Source of the DNA: a virus
DNA length: 40,606 bases
Reading direction: 5' to 3' (one strand)
Virus record (IMG/VR): IMGVR_UViG_3300046747_000228
Positions 1-8,782 of this stretch are shown one piece after another; positions within the stretch are counted from its first letter, which is position 1, and every line of letters starts with the position of its first letter. The notes beneath the pieces are model-generated. The model was given only the letters and a program-made list of their open reading frames with translations. It ran no database searches and was not told where the DNA came from. Position numbers and translations under genes: made by a program.

Positions 1-127
1 GGTCGTCGCTGTTGCCGATCGAGACGTAAACCGTCACGCCGTCACCCCCCGCGGCAACACGAGCCCGGTACCGGTCGTCGTCGTACCGTCCGGGTTAGGA
101 GTCGGGGCGCCGGGGGCGCCGGCCGCC
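1..127. repeat. Terminal direct repeat, left copy (identical to 40480-40606). Assembly overlap of a circular or circularly permuted genome of about 40,479 bp.
   Basis: Bases 1-127 (ggtcgtcgctgttgccgatcgagacg...gggggcgccggccgcc) recur as the last 127 bases of the window. Reading frames continue across the junction: the portal stop at 34-36 corresponds to 40513-40515 and overlaps the GTG of the 40235..40516 gene. Confidence 0.9.
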
Positions 128-1551
128 TGCGTGTTGAGCAGCTTCGTCAATTGCCCGAGCGAGTCACCCTCGCTAGCCATCTGTCGCCACCGCACGACGT
201 CTTGCCGGGTGACCCCGGGGATGCGGTCCCACAACGCCTGCGGCGGCACGTTGAGCATGGTTGCTACCTTGCCGAGGCCATCGATCAGAGCGCCGAACGC
301 GCGGGCGCTCGTGTCCTTCCATACCACTTCGATCGTGTCGGGCACCTCGATGCCCTTGTATTCGCCGATCGTCTGCGCGAGCTGCTCATGCGACTCGCCG
401 AGGCAGGTCTTCGCGAGGTCGACCTTCCGGTCACGTCCCGCCTCGGCCGCCGCGAGCGCCTCGGCGGAGAGGTTGACGAGCTCGCCGATCAGCTCGTGAA
501 CAGGCGTCTGCGACAGGGTGGCGCCATATTTGAGCACTGCCTCACGAGCACGCAGGAAGCCGTCGAGGGACGTCTCGGAGAACTCGCCGAGCTTCACGTC
601 TTCCGGCGAGTCCTCGAAGGTCCACATCTGCGAGGCGCCCGCCTTCATCTTGGCGGCCGTGTTCTCGGGGGTCCATCCGACGATCCACCGCTGGCGGAAG
701 GCCGAGTACCACATCGCCGAGGCGAGAGCGAAGCTCGAGACGTCTTGCTGGTCCTGCAGCGTCATGAGGGGCGCGACCTCGCCCGCCACGATGCACGTCG
801 TGTTGCGCCCGTTGAACTGGCCGAAGGGCTCGGGCGACATTGGCTCGTCGTCGAGGTCGAGGTCTTCGTCGGCGACGTAGCGGATCACGGGAACGTAGTC
901 GACGCCAAGGTCGGCCGGCCCATCGTTCGCGGTCATCGTCTTCTTGTCGGCGTCATAGGCGAAGGTCCACACCTGCGCACCGCCGGTGCCGCTCTGCTCG
1001 TAGAACCGGTACCCACCGTTGCGGCGCCGCTCGAATGCCTGCCGCGGGTAATCGGGCTCGTCGTCGCTGTAAAGCGCCGTGACGGAGCGAGGGGAAAACG
1101 TGCGGATCACGGGCTCGGGCTTGCCGGGGGTGGCGATGACGTACCCGATGCCGTACTCGAAGACGGCCCGGTACAGCCCAGACTGCCCGCGGTCGAAGCG
1201 ATTGGCCTGCAGCGCCTGCCAGATGGGCGCGATCACGTTGTCCGGCCCCTGCGGGGGGACGAGACCGCCTCCGGCCGCCTCGGGGTCGACGTCGATGTCT
1301 TCCTGCGTGACTCGGATGTTGTCGAGGTACAGCGACTCGACGAGCGACATAATGACGATCTTGATGAGGTTGATACGCGAGATCCGCGCGAGCTCGCGCA
1401 CCTCGGCGGGCGCGTCCTTCGGCACCACGAGCGGGAGCGCCTGCTTGCCGGTCGCGTACAAGCGCAAGACGTCAAATTCCTGGCGCTCACGCTGCTGGAT
1501 ATCGCGCAGGCGCATTGCGGCGTCGATGGCTTCCGCCTCGGTCATCGCCAT
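34..1551 (-). CDS. Portal protein
   Basis: 505-aa ORF whose ATG at 1551 abuts the large terminase TAG at 1552-1554. Size, position and overall sequence resemble SPP1 gp6-type portals of actinobacteriophages. Recognised by eye only. Confidence 0.8.
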   Translation of the reverse strand: MAMTEAEAIDAAMRLRDIQQRERQEFDVLRLYATGKQALPLVVPKDAPAEVRELARISRINLIKIVIMSLVESLYLDNIRVTQEDIDVDPEAAGGGLVPPQGPDNVIAPIWQALQANRFDRGQSGLYRAVFEYGIGYVIATPGKPEPVIRTFSPRSVTALYSDDEPDYPRQAFERRRNGGYRFYEQSGTGGAQVWTFAYDADKKTMTANDGPADLGVDYVPVIRYVADEDLDLDDEPMSPEPFGQFNGRNTTCIVAGEVAPLMTLQDQQDVSSFALASAMWYSAFRQRWIVGWTPENTAAKMKAGASQMWTFEDSPEDVKLGEFSETSLDGFLRAREAVLKYGATLSQTPVHELIGELVNLSAEALAAAEAGRDRKVDLAKTCLGESHEQLAQTIGEYKGIEVPDTIEVVWKDTSARAFGALIDGLGKVATMLNVPPQALWDRIPGVTRQDVVRWRQMASEGDSLGQLTKLLNTQAAGAPGAPTPNPDGTTTTGTGLVLPRGVTA

Positions 1552-3357
1552 CTAAAAGACCGCCCTCCCACTTGTGCCGGCCCGGCGAGTCCGCACCTTG
1601 CCGCTATTGAGCACGATCCTACGGCCCATCCTCGCGCCGACGGCCGAGACGGCGAGGTCGACGCGCTTACTCGAGTCACGCGTGACCTTCCCGAGGCTTA
1701 CCCCCCACGGATTCGGCCGGCGTTTCGCGTTATGGAAGTGGTCCATCATGACGCCGTCGCCATCCCACGTGAAAGCGCTCTCTCCGTTTTCCTCGATGTC
1801 CTCGACGGTTTGCATGGCCGCGTGCGTAAACGTCCGGTTGCGGTCCGGCCCGCCGAGCGTCTTAATCCGCATGTCGAAGAGCACGCTGTTTCCGATCTTG
1901 ACACCCGGGGTCGCCCAGACCTTAAGGCGCTTGTGAAAGTCCCGATGCCACGCGTCGATGAGCGGCAGCCAGTAGAGCGCCTCGGTCTCGTCATCCTTCG
2001 CAGGGCTCGGATCGACGCCAAACCACTCCACCCGGTAGTACTCGAAGGCGTGCCGGACGGCGCCATCGACGTCTTCCCGCGGCGCAAGCCAGCCTTCGCC
2101 CGCCTTTCCGCGGGGCGGTAGCCAGACGCCGAGGCGGAACACGTGGCCATCGGTGAGCCGGCACCCCGCGAAGGCGGTCGCGTCGCCGCTCTTCGAGCAG
2201 TCCAAAAACATCGCGATCTGCTCGCGCTCGACGACGACGAACTTCGGGCGCGAGAGCGCGTCGAGCTTCCGCGGGTCGACCCATGCGTCCTCGGCCGCCG
2301 CGAGCCCGTTCAGGTAGTAGCGGATCGAGTCGGCGACCGGCGTCTCGGGGTCGAGCACCTCTCCCATCAGGCGCACGATGTCCGCCCATTCGGCATCGGC
2401 GTACGCGGCCTCGAGCCCGCTACGCAGACTCTCGGGATTGAAAACGTTGGTCGTCGGGGGCGCCTCAACCGAGTCATAGAGGATATCGACGGGAATGTCT
2501 GGATTATCGGCGTTCGCTATGACCTGCTGCTGCCACGCCGAGAACGTGCGCTCGGCGATCGAGTCGGCGCCCTGCTGATGGGCATTCGTACCGTCGAGCG
2601 TGCGCGCCTGCAGCCACGCGGGCGACTTGCCGACGTTGCGCCGGACGACCCGCGCGACGCGATGCCCTCCGGACGACTCCGTCATATGGTGCGTCTCGTT
2701 CAGGAAGACGAAGCTCGCCGGGTCGCCTTCGGCGCTGCTCTCCGACGCCGTGAGCACCTCTTGCCGGCCGCCCGTGCCCTTAACAATCGTTCGGGTTTCG
2801 CCGCAATCGAGGTCGTAGTACGCGCGTGCCTCCCGCGACCACATGCCGTTGGCGATGCGCAACACGTCTTTCGACTGCGCCTCGCTATTGCTTGCAATTT
2901 GCACGAGCGGCATGCCATGCGGCACGCCGACCCACCGGTCTTCGTCATCATCCCAAACGAGCTGCGTAGGGCCGATGAGCTCAGCGTTGCACAGCGATGC
3001 GCCGAACGGATCCTTACCAGTCCCCTTCGCGCCGCGCTTCGCGCCGCGCCGGTAGGAGAATCGTCCGTTTGTAGGGTCAAATGCGTACCACAAGATAATA
3101 AATCGCTTTTGCCCGGACGTGTACCGCCACGGTCCGCCCGTTTGGTAGTCGATCAGCCCAGGGCCGTCGCCTCGACCTTCCGCCCAGTCGATGACGCCCG
3201 GGCCGATCGACCGCGCGATCAGCAGGTCTTTCGCGCCCTGCTCGAGCGGGTAGGGCAGCGTGACCCAAGCATCCGTGCCGAACCATGGGTCACGGCGATA
3301 CCCGGGCAGCATGAGGTCGGCGCCGGCCGCCTCGGGGGCGTCGAGCAGATCCGTCAT
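1552..3357 (-). CDS. Terminase large subunit
   Basis: 601-aa ORF with a Walker-A-like GAKGTGKD, FLNETHH, and acidic nuclease-type motifs in the C-terminal half. It lies directly upstream of the portal gene. Confidence 0.85.
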   Translation of the reverse strand: MTDLLDAPEAAGADLMLPGYRRDPWFGTDAWVTLPYPLEQGAKDLLIARSIGPGVIDWAEGRGDGPGLIDYQTGGPWRYTSGQKRFIILWYAFDPTNGRFSYRRGAKRGAKGTGKDPFGASLCNAELIGPTQLVWDDDEDRWVGVPHGMPLVQIASNSEAQSKDVLRIANGMWSREARAYYDLDCGETRTIVKGTGGRQEVLTASESSAEGDPASFVFLNETHHMTESSGGHRVARVVRRNVGKSPAWLQARTLDGTNAHQQGADSIAERTFSAWQQQVIANADNPDIPVDILYDSVEAPPTTNVFNPESLRSGLEAAYADAEWADIVRLMGEVLDPETPVADSIRYYLNGLAAAEDAWVDPRKLDALSRPKFVVVEREQIAMFLDCSKSGDATAFAGCRLTDGHVFRLGVWLPPRGKAGEGWLAPREDVDGAVRHAFEYYRVEWFGVDPSPAKDDETEALYWLPLIDAWHRDFHKRLKVWATPGVKIGNSVLFDMRIKTLGGPDRNRTFTHAAMQTVEDIEENGESAFTWDGDGVMMDHFHNAKRRPNPWGVSLGKVTRDSSKRVDLAVSAVGARMGRRIVLNSGKVRTRRAGTSGRAVF

Positions 3358-3695
3358 GTCCCGCGGGTCTGCTTACGGTGGTGCCGCTCAACGGCTCGGC
3401 GGTCGGCGCGCGTCATGCTCCGCCACTTCGCCGGATCTTTGACCCACTCGGGCACCCGGGCCGGCGTCGGCTTGCCATGGACGTCGCAGCTCGCCGGATC
3501 GGCGCACGGCTCGTCACGAGCCAGCACGCGCGACGGCACGTCGGCGCGCTCGGCGAGCACCTCGACATCGCGAGCGAGCTGCTGCCGATGCGCGGCGAGC
3601 TCGTCGGGCGCGGGCGCGAACGCGCTCAGGGGCGGCATCTCCGCTCGCGGCAAACGCCCGAGCGAGTCGCCGTGATCATTGTCGCGCGTCATCAC
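3354..3695 (-). CDS. Hypothetical protein located between the small and large terminase genes
   Basis: 113-aa ORF. The start is GTG 3695 (GTGA overlap with the upstream stop) or ATG 3692. Its stop overlaps the terminase ATG (ATGA at 3354-3357). No family recognised. Confidence 0.6.
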   Translation of the reverse strand: MMTRDNDHGDSLGRLPRAEMPPLSAFAPAPDELAAHRQQLARDVEVLAERADVPSRVLARDEPCADPASCDVHGKPTPARVPEWVKDPAKWRSMTRADRRAVERHHRKQTRGT

Positions 3696-4081
3696 GACGC
3701 CTCGGGAGTGAGGCGTGACGAGTGATCGTCGCCAACGACTTCGCCGAGCGCGATGACCTCTTCGTATGAGTCGAAGCCCTGAGCGGCCAGCGTCATGCGC
3801 TTAAGCCACTTCTCCGTAGCCTCGGTGCCGCGGGCGCCGCAGAGCAGGCAGCGCGGGTGCGCGAGATCTTCGAGGTCGAGTCCCTCGTGCTCACACTCCG
3901 GGGGCATACGCCACTCGAAGACGCATGAAAGCTTGGCGCCGGCGTGCGCGAAGCAGCGATCGGTGTCAACGACGATGATGTCGCCCGACGCCTCGCAGTG
4001 CGGCTCGTGGGCGTCGGCCGACCATTCGATGACGATCGGCCCGGTCAGCAGCTCGCGTTTCTGCAGCCTCAGGGCGCCCAT
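3692..4081 (-). CDS. Hypothetical Cys-rich protein
   Basis: ATG 4081 shares one base with the upstream TGA (TGATG). The N-terminal part of the 181-aa track ORF is Arg-rich and looks like junk. Product MGALRLQKRELL... has six Cys including CLLC. Confidence 0.6.
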   Translation of the reverse strand: MGALRLQKRELLTGPIVIEWSADAHEPHCEASGDIIVVDTDRCFAHAGAKLSCVFEWRMPPECEHEGLDLEDLAHPRCLLCGARGTEATEKWLKRMTLAAQGFDSYEEVIALGEVVGDDHSSRLTPEAS

Positions 4082-4308
4082 CACGCCCCCCTGGGGATGT
4101 ATGCCTGCGGTCCGGTCGGCAACCCGATCGCCGCAACGCCGACCGGAGACGCAGCCTCGGCCGCCTCGAGCAGCGCGCCGAAGGCGCGGCCGGCGTCGGC
4201 CTCGCGTTCCGGCGTAGCGTTCGCGCAGCCGAAGCACACGTCATCGCCGCCCGGGCCGTACGGGCGAAGCTCTTCGTCGTCGGTACCGCAGTAGTGGCAC
4301 CTGCCCAT
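4081..4308 (-). CDS. Small zinc-ribbon-like protein
   Basis: 75-aa product MGRCHYCGTDDEELRPYGPGGDDVCFGC has a CxxC...CxxC pair. ATG 4308 shares one base with the small terminase TGA (4308-4310). Confidence 0.6.
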   Translation of the reverse strand: MGRCHYCGTDDEELRPYGPGGDDVCFGCANATPEREADAGRAFGALLEAAEAASPVGVAAIGLPTGPQAYIPRGA

Positions 4309-4778
4309 CACAACCCCCGGTAATCGTCGAGCTGCACGACGCCGGCCGACGCCGCGTTCTCGTCGGGCTTCTTGCCCTTCGGCTCGACGTACTTGATGCG
4401 CAAGTCGCGACGAGCGTCGAAGTACGTGCCCATCAGCTTCTCGCGTTGCCGCAGCTCGGCGCCCGTGTAGCCGCGCCACGCTTCCATAGTTCGGGCGTGA
4501 ACCTCCGCCGTATCCATGGCAAATTCCCAGTCGGTCTCGGTCCACAACTTGGCGTGCGGCATGCGCGAGACCGCGCGCCACCACCCGACGGTTGCGGGTG
4601 GCCACGTCTCCGAGTTAGCGGCGCCGACGGCCATCACGGAAACGCCTCCGGTCGCGCGGTCGCGCAGCGCGGGCGCGCCCTCGAAGGGGACGTCGTCGAC
4701 CTCGAGAAAGTCGTACGTCGGATTCTTGTGCCGCACCTGCGAGCGATCAGTCTTCGGCTTAGTGCCCGGTACTCCCAT
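4308..4778 (-). CDS. Terminase small subunit (putative)
   Basis: 156-aa ORF. It is the first gene after the non-coding cos-like region and is preceded by GGGAGAGAGGA. WPPATVGWWRAVSRMPHAKLWTETDW and the C-terminal ELRQREKLMG...RRDLRIKY resemble actinophage small terminases (P27-like). Recognised by eye. Confidence 0.65.
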   Translation of the reverse strand: MGVPGTKPKTDRSQVRHKNPTYDFLEVDDVPFEGAPALRDRATGGVSVMAVGAANSETWPPATVGWWRAVSRMPHAKLWTETDWEFAMDTAEVHARTMEAWRGYTGAELRQREKLMGTYFDARRDLRIKYVEPKGKKPDENAASAGVVQLDDYRGL

Positions 4779-4974
4779 CAGCCCATCCTCTCTCCCGACG
4801 CGATCCTAGCAGGTACCTAGTAGCTTTCGGTAACGGTCACGCTCCGTAGTTTCGTGACGGAGAGTGATTCGGACATACCCCCCCGAAACGGTCTCGAAGT
4901 CGTAACAAGGCGGAGACGCTAACCCCTGCCGCGCAGGGCACCCCTGGGGGGAGGGGCATCCCCACCCTTCAATG
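4779..4974. other. Non-coding region between the HNH gene and the small terminase; candidate cos/packaging site plus the late promoter
   Basis: 196 bp with no convincing ORF. It holds an imperfect hairpin at 4837-4867 (tcacgctccgt/acggagagtga) and G/C runs (cccctggggggaggggcatcccc). The HNH-cos-TerS arrangement is classical for cos phages. The exact ends cannot be read from the sequence. Confidence 0.35.
4803..4824 (-). promoter_or_regulatory. Tandem CTAGG promoter/operator element upstream of the late operon
   Basis: The minus strand reads GCTACTAGGTACCTGCTAGGAT. TGcTAGGAT fits an extended -10 (TGnTAnnnT) about 25 nt upstream of the SD and ATG at 4778. Same motif family as 7136, 11671, 15988, 16027, 19494 and 33619. 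Confidence 0.5.
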
Positions 4975-5313
4975 TTACTTTGCGCGATAAATAACACTAA
5001 GTGATGGACGATCGGACACCCTACGCAACCTAGTGTTACGTGACGCGTGCGATGCTGCTGCTCCTTGCTGCCCCGTACGCCGAGCATGGCACTTCGTGCA
5101 CACACCTCGAAGGTTCGCGTCACTGTGATCGCTCGCTTCGCCGATGTGGTCAACCTCTGTGCTCTTCGCACCCCAGCAGTCAGTGCGCAGCTTGCACGTG
5201 GGATCACGCTTGAGGATGCGTGGACGTATGACCCTGTCCCACTCAGGAGGCAATGGCACAGTGCGCCACTCCCGGGTACCGCGGGGGCGGGACGTAGGCG
5301 TAGGGGTGGCCAT
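4975..5313 (-). CDS. HNH endonuclease
   Basis: The product contains VDHIGEASDHSDANLRGVCTKCHARR (an H-N-H core with a CxxC). ATG 5313 was chosen because the upstream part of the ORF lies in AT-richer sequence. It is adjacent to the terminase genes, as in cos phages that need an HNH for packaging. Confidence 0.8.
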   Translation of the reverse strand: MATPTPTSRPRGTREWRTVPLPPEWDRVIRPRILKRDPTCKLRTDCWGAKSTEVDHIGEASDHSDANLRGVCTKCHARRTGQQGAAASHASRNTRLRRVSDRPSLSVIYRAK

Positions 5314-5430
5314 ACGGGAGAGGCTATATCCACCACGCGCACCATGCCGTATAGATGATGAACGATATAAGCAACGCTGAGGGCAGCATGAATAGGGGCA
5401 GGTCAAGAGCGTTCGGCCTGCGGTACATGC

Positions 5431-6057
5431 CTACCCCTTAGCGATCGGCTCGGCGAAGGTGTAGTTGCCCTCGACGCCTTCCGCGTCGTTGGCCATCATG
5501 GGCACTGCGCACGCCCGATGATCCGTGTACTTGTGCACCCACACTGTCCGCGAGTCGTCCTCCCCCGGCGAGGTCGCGTCGGTCATGCGACGCGTCACGA
5601 AGATGATCTGGGTATGGCAGTGCCGGCAATCCGACTTGTCGCCTAGGGACCAGACAACCGCGAGGCGTTGCGTCTGCTCACTGACGACCTGCGTAACCGC
5701 GGCCGGCCCGCCCCCGTAGCCAGCATCCCGCATCATCGCCGCGTAGCGGTCGGCCGCCTTCGACGCCTCAGCCGCGAACGCCGGCACGACCTGCGGCTCG
5801 TACGCCGCGGGGTGCGGAATGCCGGCCGCGCTCAGCTTGTCGCGAGCGTGTTGCGTTTCGATTCCCCGGGAGAGTGCATCGACCATCTCGCGACGTCTCT
5901 GTATCGCCCGCATGTCGTCGGCGACGCGCATCTCGCGGGCGATCTCGAAGAGCAGCTTCGCGCGCTCCGTCTCCGCTGCAGAGCATGGCGTCCGGACGAT
6001 CGCGTAGGCCATGAAGAGCGCCTCGGCCGGCGTCGGCAAGTTGTATTGGTTCGTCAT
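5431..6057 (-). CDS. Hypothetical protein
   Basis: 208-aa product MTNQYNLPTPAEALF.... ATG 6057 overlaps the upstream stop (ATGA at 6054-6057). No family recognised. Confidence 0.65.
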   Translation of the reverse strand: MTNQYNLPTPAEALFMAYAIVRTPCSAAETERAKLLFEIAREMRVADDMRAIQRRREMVDALSRGIETQHARDKLSAAGIPHPAAYEPQVVPAFAAEASKAADRYAAMMRDAGYGGGPAAVTQVVSEQTQRLAVVWSLGDKSDCRHCHTQIIFVTRRMTDATSPGEDDSRTVWVHKYTDHRACAVPMMANDAEGVEGNYTFAEPIAKG

Positions 6058-6677
6058 GAAATTAGCCTTTCGAGGTCGGTATGCGTCACTTTCATGGGCG
6101 GTCGCGGGACGTCGATCCGCCAGGCGTACGCGAGATCGGCCTTCCATCCTGCCTTCGTGCCGACGAGCTCGGCCGGCCGCGACCACGTAGCGACCGCGCG
6201 TAGTGGCAGCTTCGCGAGGCGGATCGCGCAGCCTTCCGGGCCGTCGGCACCTTGCCAGTAGTGCGCCGAGACGCTCCACCCGAGCGAGATCGCGAGCCGG
6301 CCGAGCTTCGAAGCTTGCCGGCCGCCTCCCGCACCCGCGATCTCGGCCGGCGTACGCGGCGCCCGGGCCAGCACCCGCGGGCGAGTGTCGACCTGCCGCT
6401 CAGTGATCTGCCGCCCGGTGACCTGCTCGACGCGCGCCACGAGCTCGGCGTCGGTCATCGGAACGGACATCCCAAACCAGTCACGGCGCGCAACGGCCGG
6501 ATCAGGCTCACGGAATGTTGCCTGCCGCAACAAAAGCGGGAGCCCGGTTGTCTTGCTGATCCGGCCGCCGGGGCACGCCGGCGTATGTAGCGCCGGCACT
6601 TCACCGCAGGCGCACAGCGGGCACTTGCCGGCGTCGTGAGACGACCGGTCGTACCCGCAGGCGCCGCAACGGCTCAC
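6054..6677 (-). CDS. Hypothetical protein with an N-terminal Cys cluster
   Basis: 207-aa ORF. GTG 6677 overlaps the upstream stop (GTGA at 6674-6677). The N-terminus CGACGYDRSSHDAGKCPLCACGEVPALHTPAC is zinc-finger-like. Confidence 0.65.
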   Translation of the reverse strand: MSRCGACGYDRSSHDAGKCPLCACGEVPALHTPACPGGRISKTTGLPLLLRQATFREPDPAVARRDWFGMSVPMTDAELVARVEQVTGRQITERQVDTRPRVLARAPRTPAEIAGAGGGRQASKLGRLAISLGWSVSAHYWQGADGPEGCAIRLAKLPLRAVATWSRPAELVGTKAGWKADLAYAWRIDVPRPPMKVTHTDLERLIS

Positions 6678-6916
6678 TTACTGCGCCCCCATGCCGCGAG
6701 CAGGTAGAAGGTTCCGGCAACGGCCAAAGGCATCACGATGTCGATCGAGGGGAACGCCTCATCGATCCTGAGCAGCACGAACATGCTCAGCATCGACGCG
6801 ACTACGAGTACGCCCGGGGTCGGCCGCATGCTCGGCGGATCACGACGCACGTCGGGCAACGGCTGGCCGCGGCGAAGCGCCTCGACAGTCTCTTCGTACT
6901 CTTCGTCGGCGCCCAT
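6674..6916 (-). CDS. Small membrane protein
   Basis: 80-aa ORF with two hydrophobic stretches (VLVVASMLSMFVLL, VMPLAVAGTFYLLAAW). Its start overlaps the upstream stop by one base. Confidence 0.6.
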   Translation of the reverse strand: MGADEEYEETVEALRRGQPLPDVRRDPPSMRPTPGVLVVASMLSMFVLLRIDEAFPSIDIVMPLAVAGTFYLLAAWGRSK

Positions 6917-7098
6917 TAGGCGCTCGCCGGGTACGGATAGTTGAGCACTTCGTCGCCGAGGCAGCTAACGAGGTGCGCGGCGTCGTCACGCAGGTGCGCG
7001 CCGTCGGCCGCCGTCTCCTTGCTGTACGCCGCGGACGCGCCGCGCCGGCGGAGCGTCTCGAGCAGCTCGCGCGTACTGACGTCGTCGAGTTTCTTCAT
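6916..7098 (-). CDS. Hypothetical protein
   Basis: 60-aa ORF. ATG 7098 is preceded by GAAAGG. It is the first gene downstream of the promoter element at 7136-7159. Confidence 0.55.
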   Translation of the reverse strand: MKKLDDVSTRELLETLRRRGASAAYSKETAADGAHLRDDAAHLVSCLGDEVLNYPYPASA

Positions 7099-7135
7099 CG
7101 TCTACCTTTCGGATCAGAGCAGGAACGGAAGCGCA

Positions 7136-7159
7136 AACCTAGCAGGAAACATGCTAGGT
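7136..7159 (-). promoter_or_regulatory. CTAGG promoter/operator element in an inverted-repeat arrangement
   Basis: The plus strand reads ACCTAGCAGGAAACATGCTAGGT, two 10-bp arms matching 9/10 as an inverted repeat. The minus strand gives TGcTAGGTT about 40 nt upstream of ATG 7098. It sits just after the helicase stop at 7172. Confidence 0.5.
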
Positions 7160-7171
7160 CCACAAGCGGCA

Positions 7172-8782
7172 TCACGGCCACGTTTTCGGATCGAAGTGCT
7201 GAGCAGCCTTCGCGATCATCTGCTCGTCGAAAACCTCACCCTTCGTACGCCGGCCGCGGGCGCGCTCGCGGCGCCACGGAGCATCACGTTGCGCCTGCCA
7301 CATCGGCCGCTCGGCGACGAACTCGTCCCCCCGCGCCATGGCGTACCCGATCTCCATATCGGCTTGTATGAGCCCCTCGTGGCCGCGGTCGAAGGTCAGC
7401 CATCGCAGGTCATACCGATCAGCCGCGCCGCTCATGGCTGGCACGAGGAACACGAGACCCTGCGCGCCGGCCGGCACGAACCATCGGCCGCCCGGGGTGC
7501 GCAGCCACGAGGTGTGCGACTGGCCGAAGAGGTCGACGAGCTCGTGCGCGAGATCGCCGTCGGCGTACTCGATCGGCTCGGCATCGCCTACCGCGGTCTC
7601 CGAGCGGTCGTCGACCACCTCGGCGAGCACCTCATCGTCGTCGACCTCATACATGAGCAGATCGTCGGGCATGTCGTCCGGGCCGGGCGCTCCGCCGAGG
7701 CTGGCGAGGGTGGCGAGCTTATGCCGACCCGTGACCCCCGTGAAGTCGATGATCCAGCAGAACGCCTTACCCGGGTACAGCCGAAGCCCACGGCCAACCA
7801 TCTGCTGATATAGCGTGCTGCTCGAGGTCGGCCGCCCGAGCAGGATGCACCCGGTACTCGGCAGGTCGGTCCCCTCGGTGAACAGGCCGACGTTACAGAG
7901 CACGGTCACGCGGCCGGCCCGGTAGTCGTCGAGCGCCTGCGCGCGGACGGCGGCCGGCGTCGTGCCGTCGAGGTGCACCGCGGTAACGCCGGCGTCGTTG
8001 AACGCCTCGGCCTGCTCGATGCTCACGGCAACGGTGGGCAGGAAGGCGATCGTCGGGCACCCCTTCGCGTGCTCGACCCATGCCTCGACTATCCGCTGCG
8101 GCGCCATGGCGGCCGACATCGCGGCGCCGAGCGCCCCCGAGTTGTAGTCGCCCGCCACGCGAGCGACGCGCGTGAGGTCGAGGTCGGCGATTCGCACCCG
8201 GACGCCACGGGGCGGCACGAGGTACGGGGGGTCGCTGCGGATGAGGTCGATCAGCCCGACGCGCGGCTCGACGATCGCCTCGAAGACCTCGCCGAGCGCG
8301 CGGCCGTCGGAGCGGTCAAGGGTAGCGGTCACGCCGAGCACGAGCGGTCCGTCGACGTCGTACGCGCGCAGCTCGCGCAACACCCGCAGGTAGGTATCTG
8401 CGGTCGCGTGATGGGTCTCGTCGATGACGATCAACCCCCACGTCCGCGAGACGAGCAGCGGGAGTGTCGCCTTCGTGCTCGCCGTTTGGATCGACCCGAC
8501 GACGATCTCGGCCCGGTACTGCTTGACCGTTCCCTGCAGGCGACCGATACGGCGCCCGGGCGCGACCTGCTCGGCCTTATCGATCGCCTGGTCGATGAGC
8601 TCGGTACGGTGCGCGAGCCAGAGCACGGGGCGGCCGGCGGCGACCGACATCTCGGCGATGCTCATCGCGGTCGGAGTCTTCCCGCCCCCCGTGGCCATCA
8701 CCATCGCGATCCGGCGGTCGCCGCCCTGCCAGAGCTTGAGCGCTCCGTCGACTAATTCTTCCTGGTAAAGGCGAAGCTTCAC
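7172..8782 (-). CDS. SF2 DNA helicase (DEAD/DEAH, type III restriction res-subunit-like)
   Basis: 536-aa ORF with Walker A MATGGGKTPT, a DExH box VIDETHH, and later helicase motifs (TATLDR, LGRPTSSSTLYQQMVGRGLR). The GTG start overlaps the upstream stop (GTGA at 8779-8782). Confidence 0.85.
   Translation of the reverse strand: MKLRLYQEELVDGALKLWQGGDRRIAMVMATGGGKTPTAMSIAEMSVAAGRPVLWLAHRTELIDQAIDKAEQVAPGRRIGRLQGTVKQYRAEIVVGSIQTASTKATLPLLVSRTWGLIVIDETHHATADTYLRVLRELRAYDVDGPLVLGVTATLDRSDGRALGEVFEAIVEPRVGLIDLIRSDPPYLVPPRGVRVRIADLDLTRVARVAGDYNSGALGAAMSAAMAPQRIVEAWVEHAKGCPTIAFLPTVAVSIEQAEAFNDAGVTAVHLDGTTPAAVRAQALDDYRAGRVTVLCNVGLFTEGTDLPSTGCILLGRPTSSSTLYQQMVGRGLRLYPGKAFCWIIDFTGVTGRHKLATLASLGGAPGPDDMPDDLLMYEVDDDEVLAEVVDDRSETAVGDAEPIEYADGDLAHELVDLFGQSHTSWLRTPGGRWFVPAGAQGLVFLVPAMSGAADRYDLRWLTFDRGHEGLIQADMEIGYAMARGDEFVAERPMWQAQRDAPWRRERARGRRTKGEVFDEQMIAKAAQHFDPKTWP

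Noticed and set aside
151-3675. Very long plus-strand ORFs (151..2121, 656 aa; 2143..3675, 510 aa) opposite the portal and terminase genes
   Set aside because: Their products are Arg/Gly/Pro/Leu-rich and low in complexity, as expected for antisense frames of high-GC coding DNA. The minus-strand frames encode recognisable portal and terminase proteins. Codon third-position GC favours the minus strand.
4825-4974. Possible tRNA in the structured non-coding region
   Set aside because: No GTTCRANNC-type T-loop with a flanking 5-bp stem, and no acceptor-stem complementarity, was found on either strand. No tRNA-like sequence was noticed elsewhere either.
4806-5345. 179-aa minus-strand ORF spanning the cos-like region and overlapping the HNH gene out of frame
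   Set aside because: It crosses the structured non-coding region and overlaps a clearly recognisable HNH reading frame. The product is Ser/Arg/Cys-rich junk.
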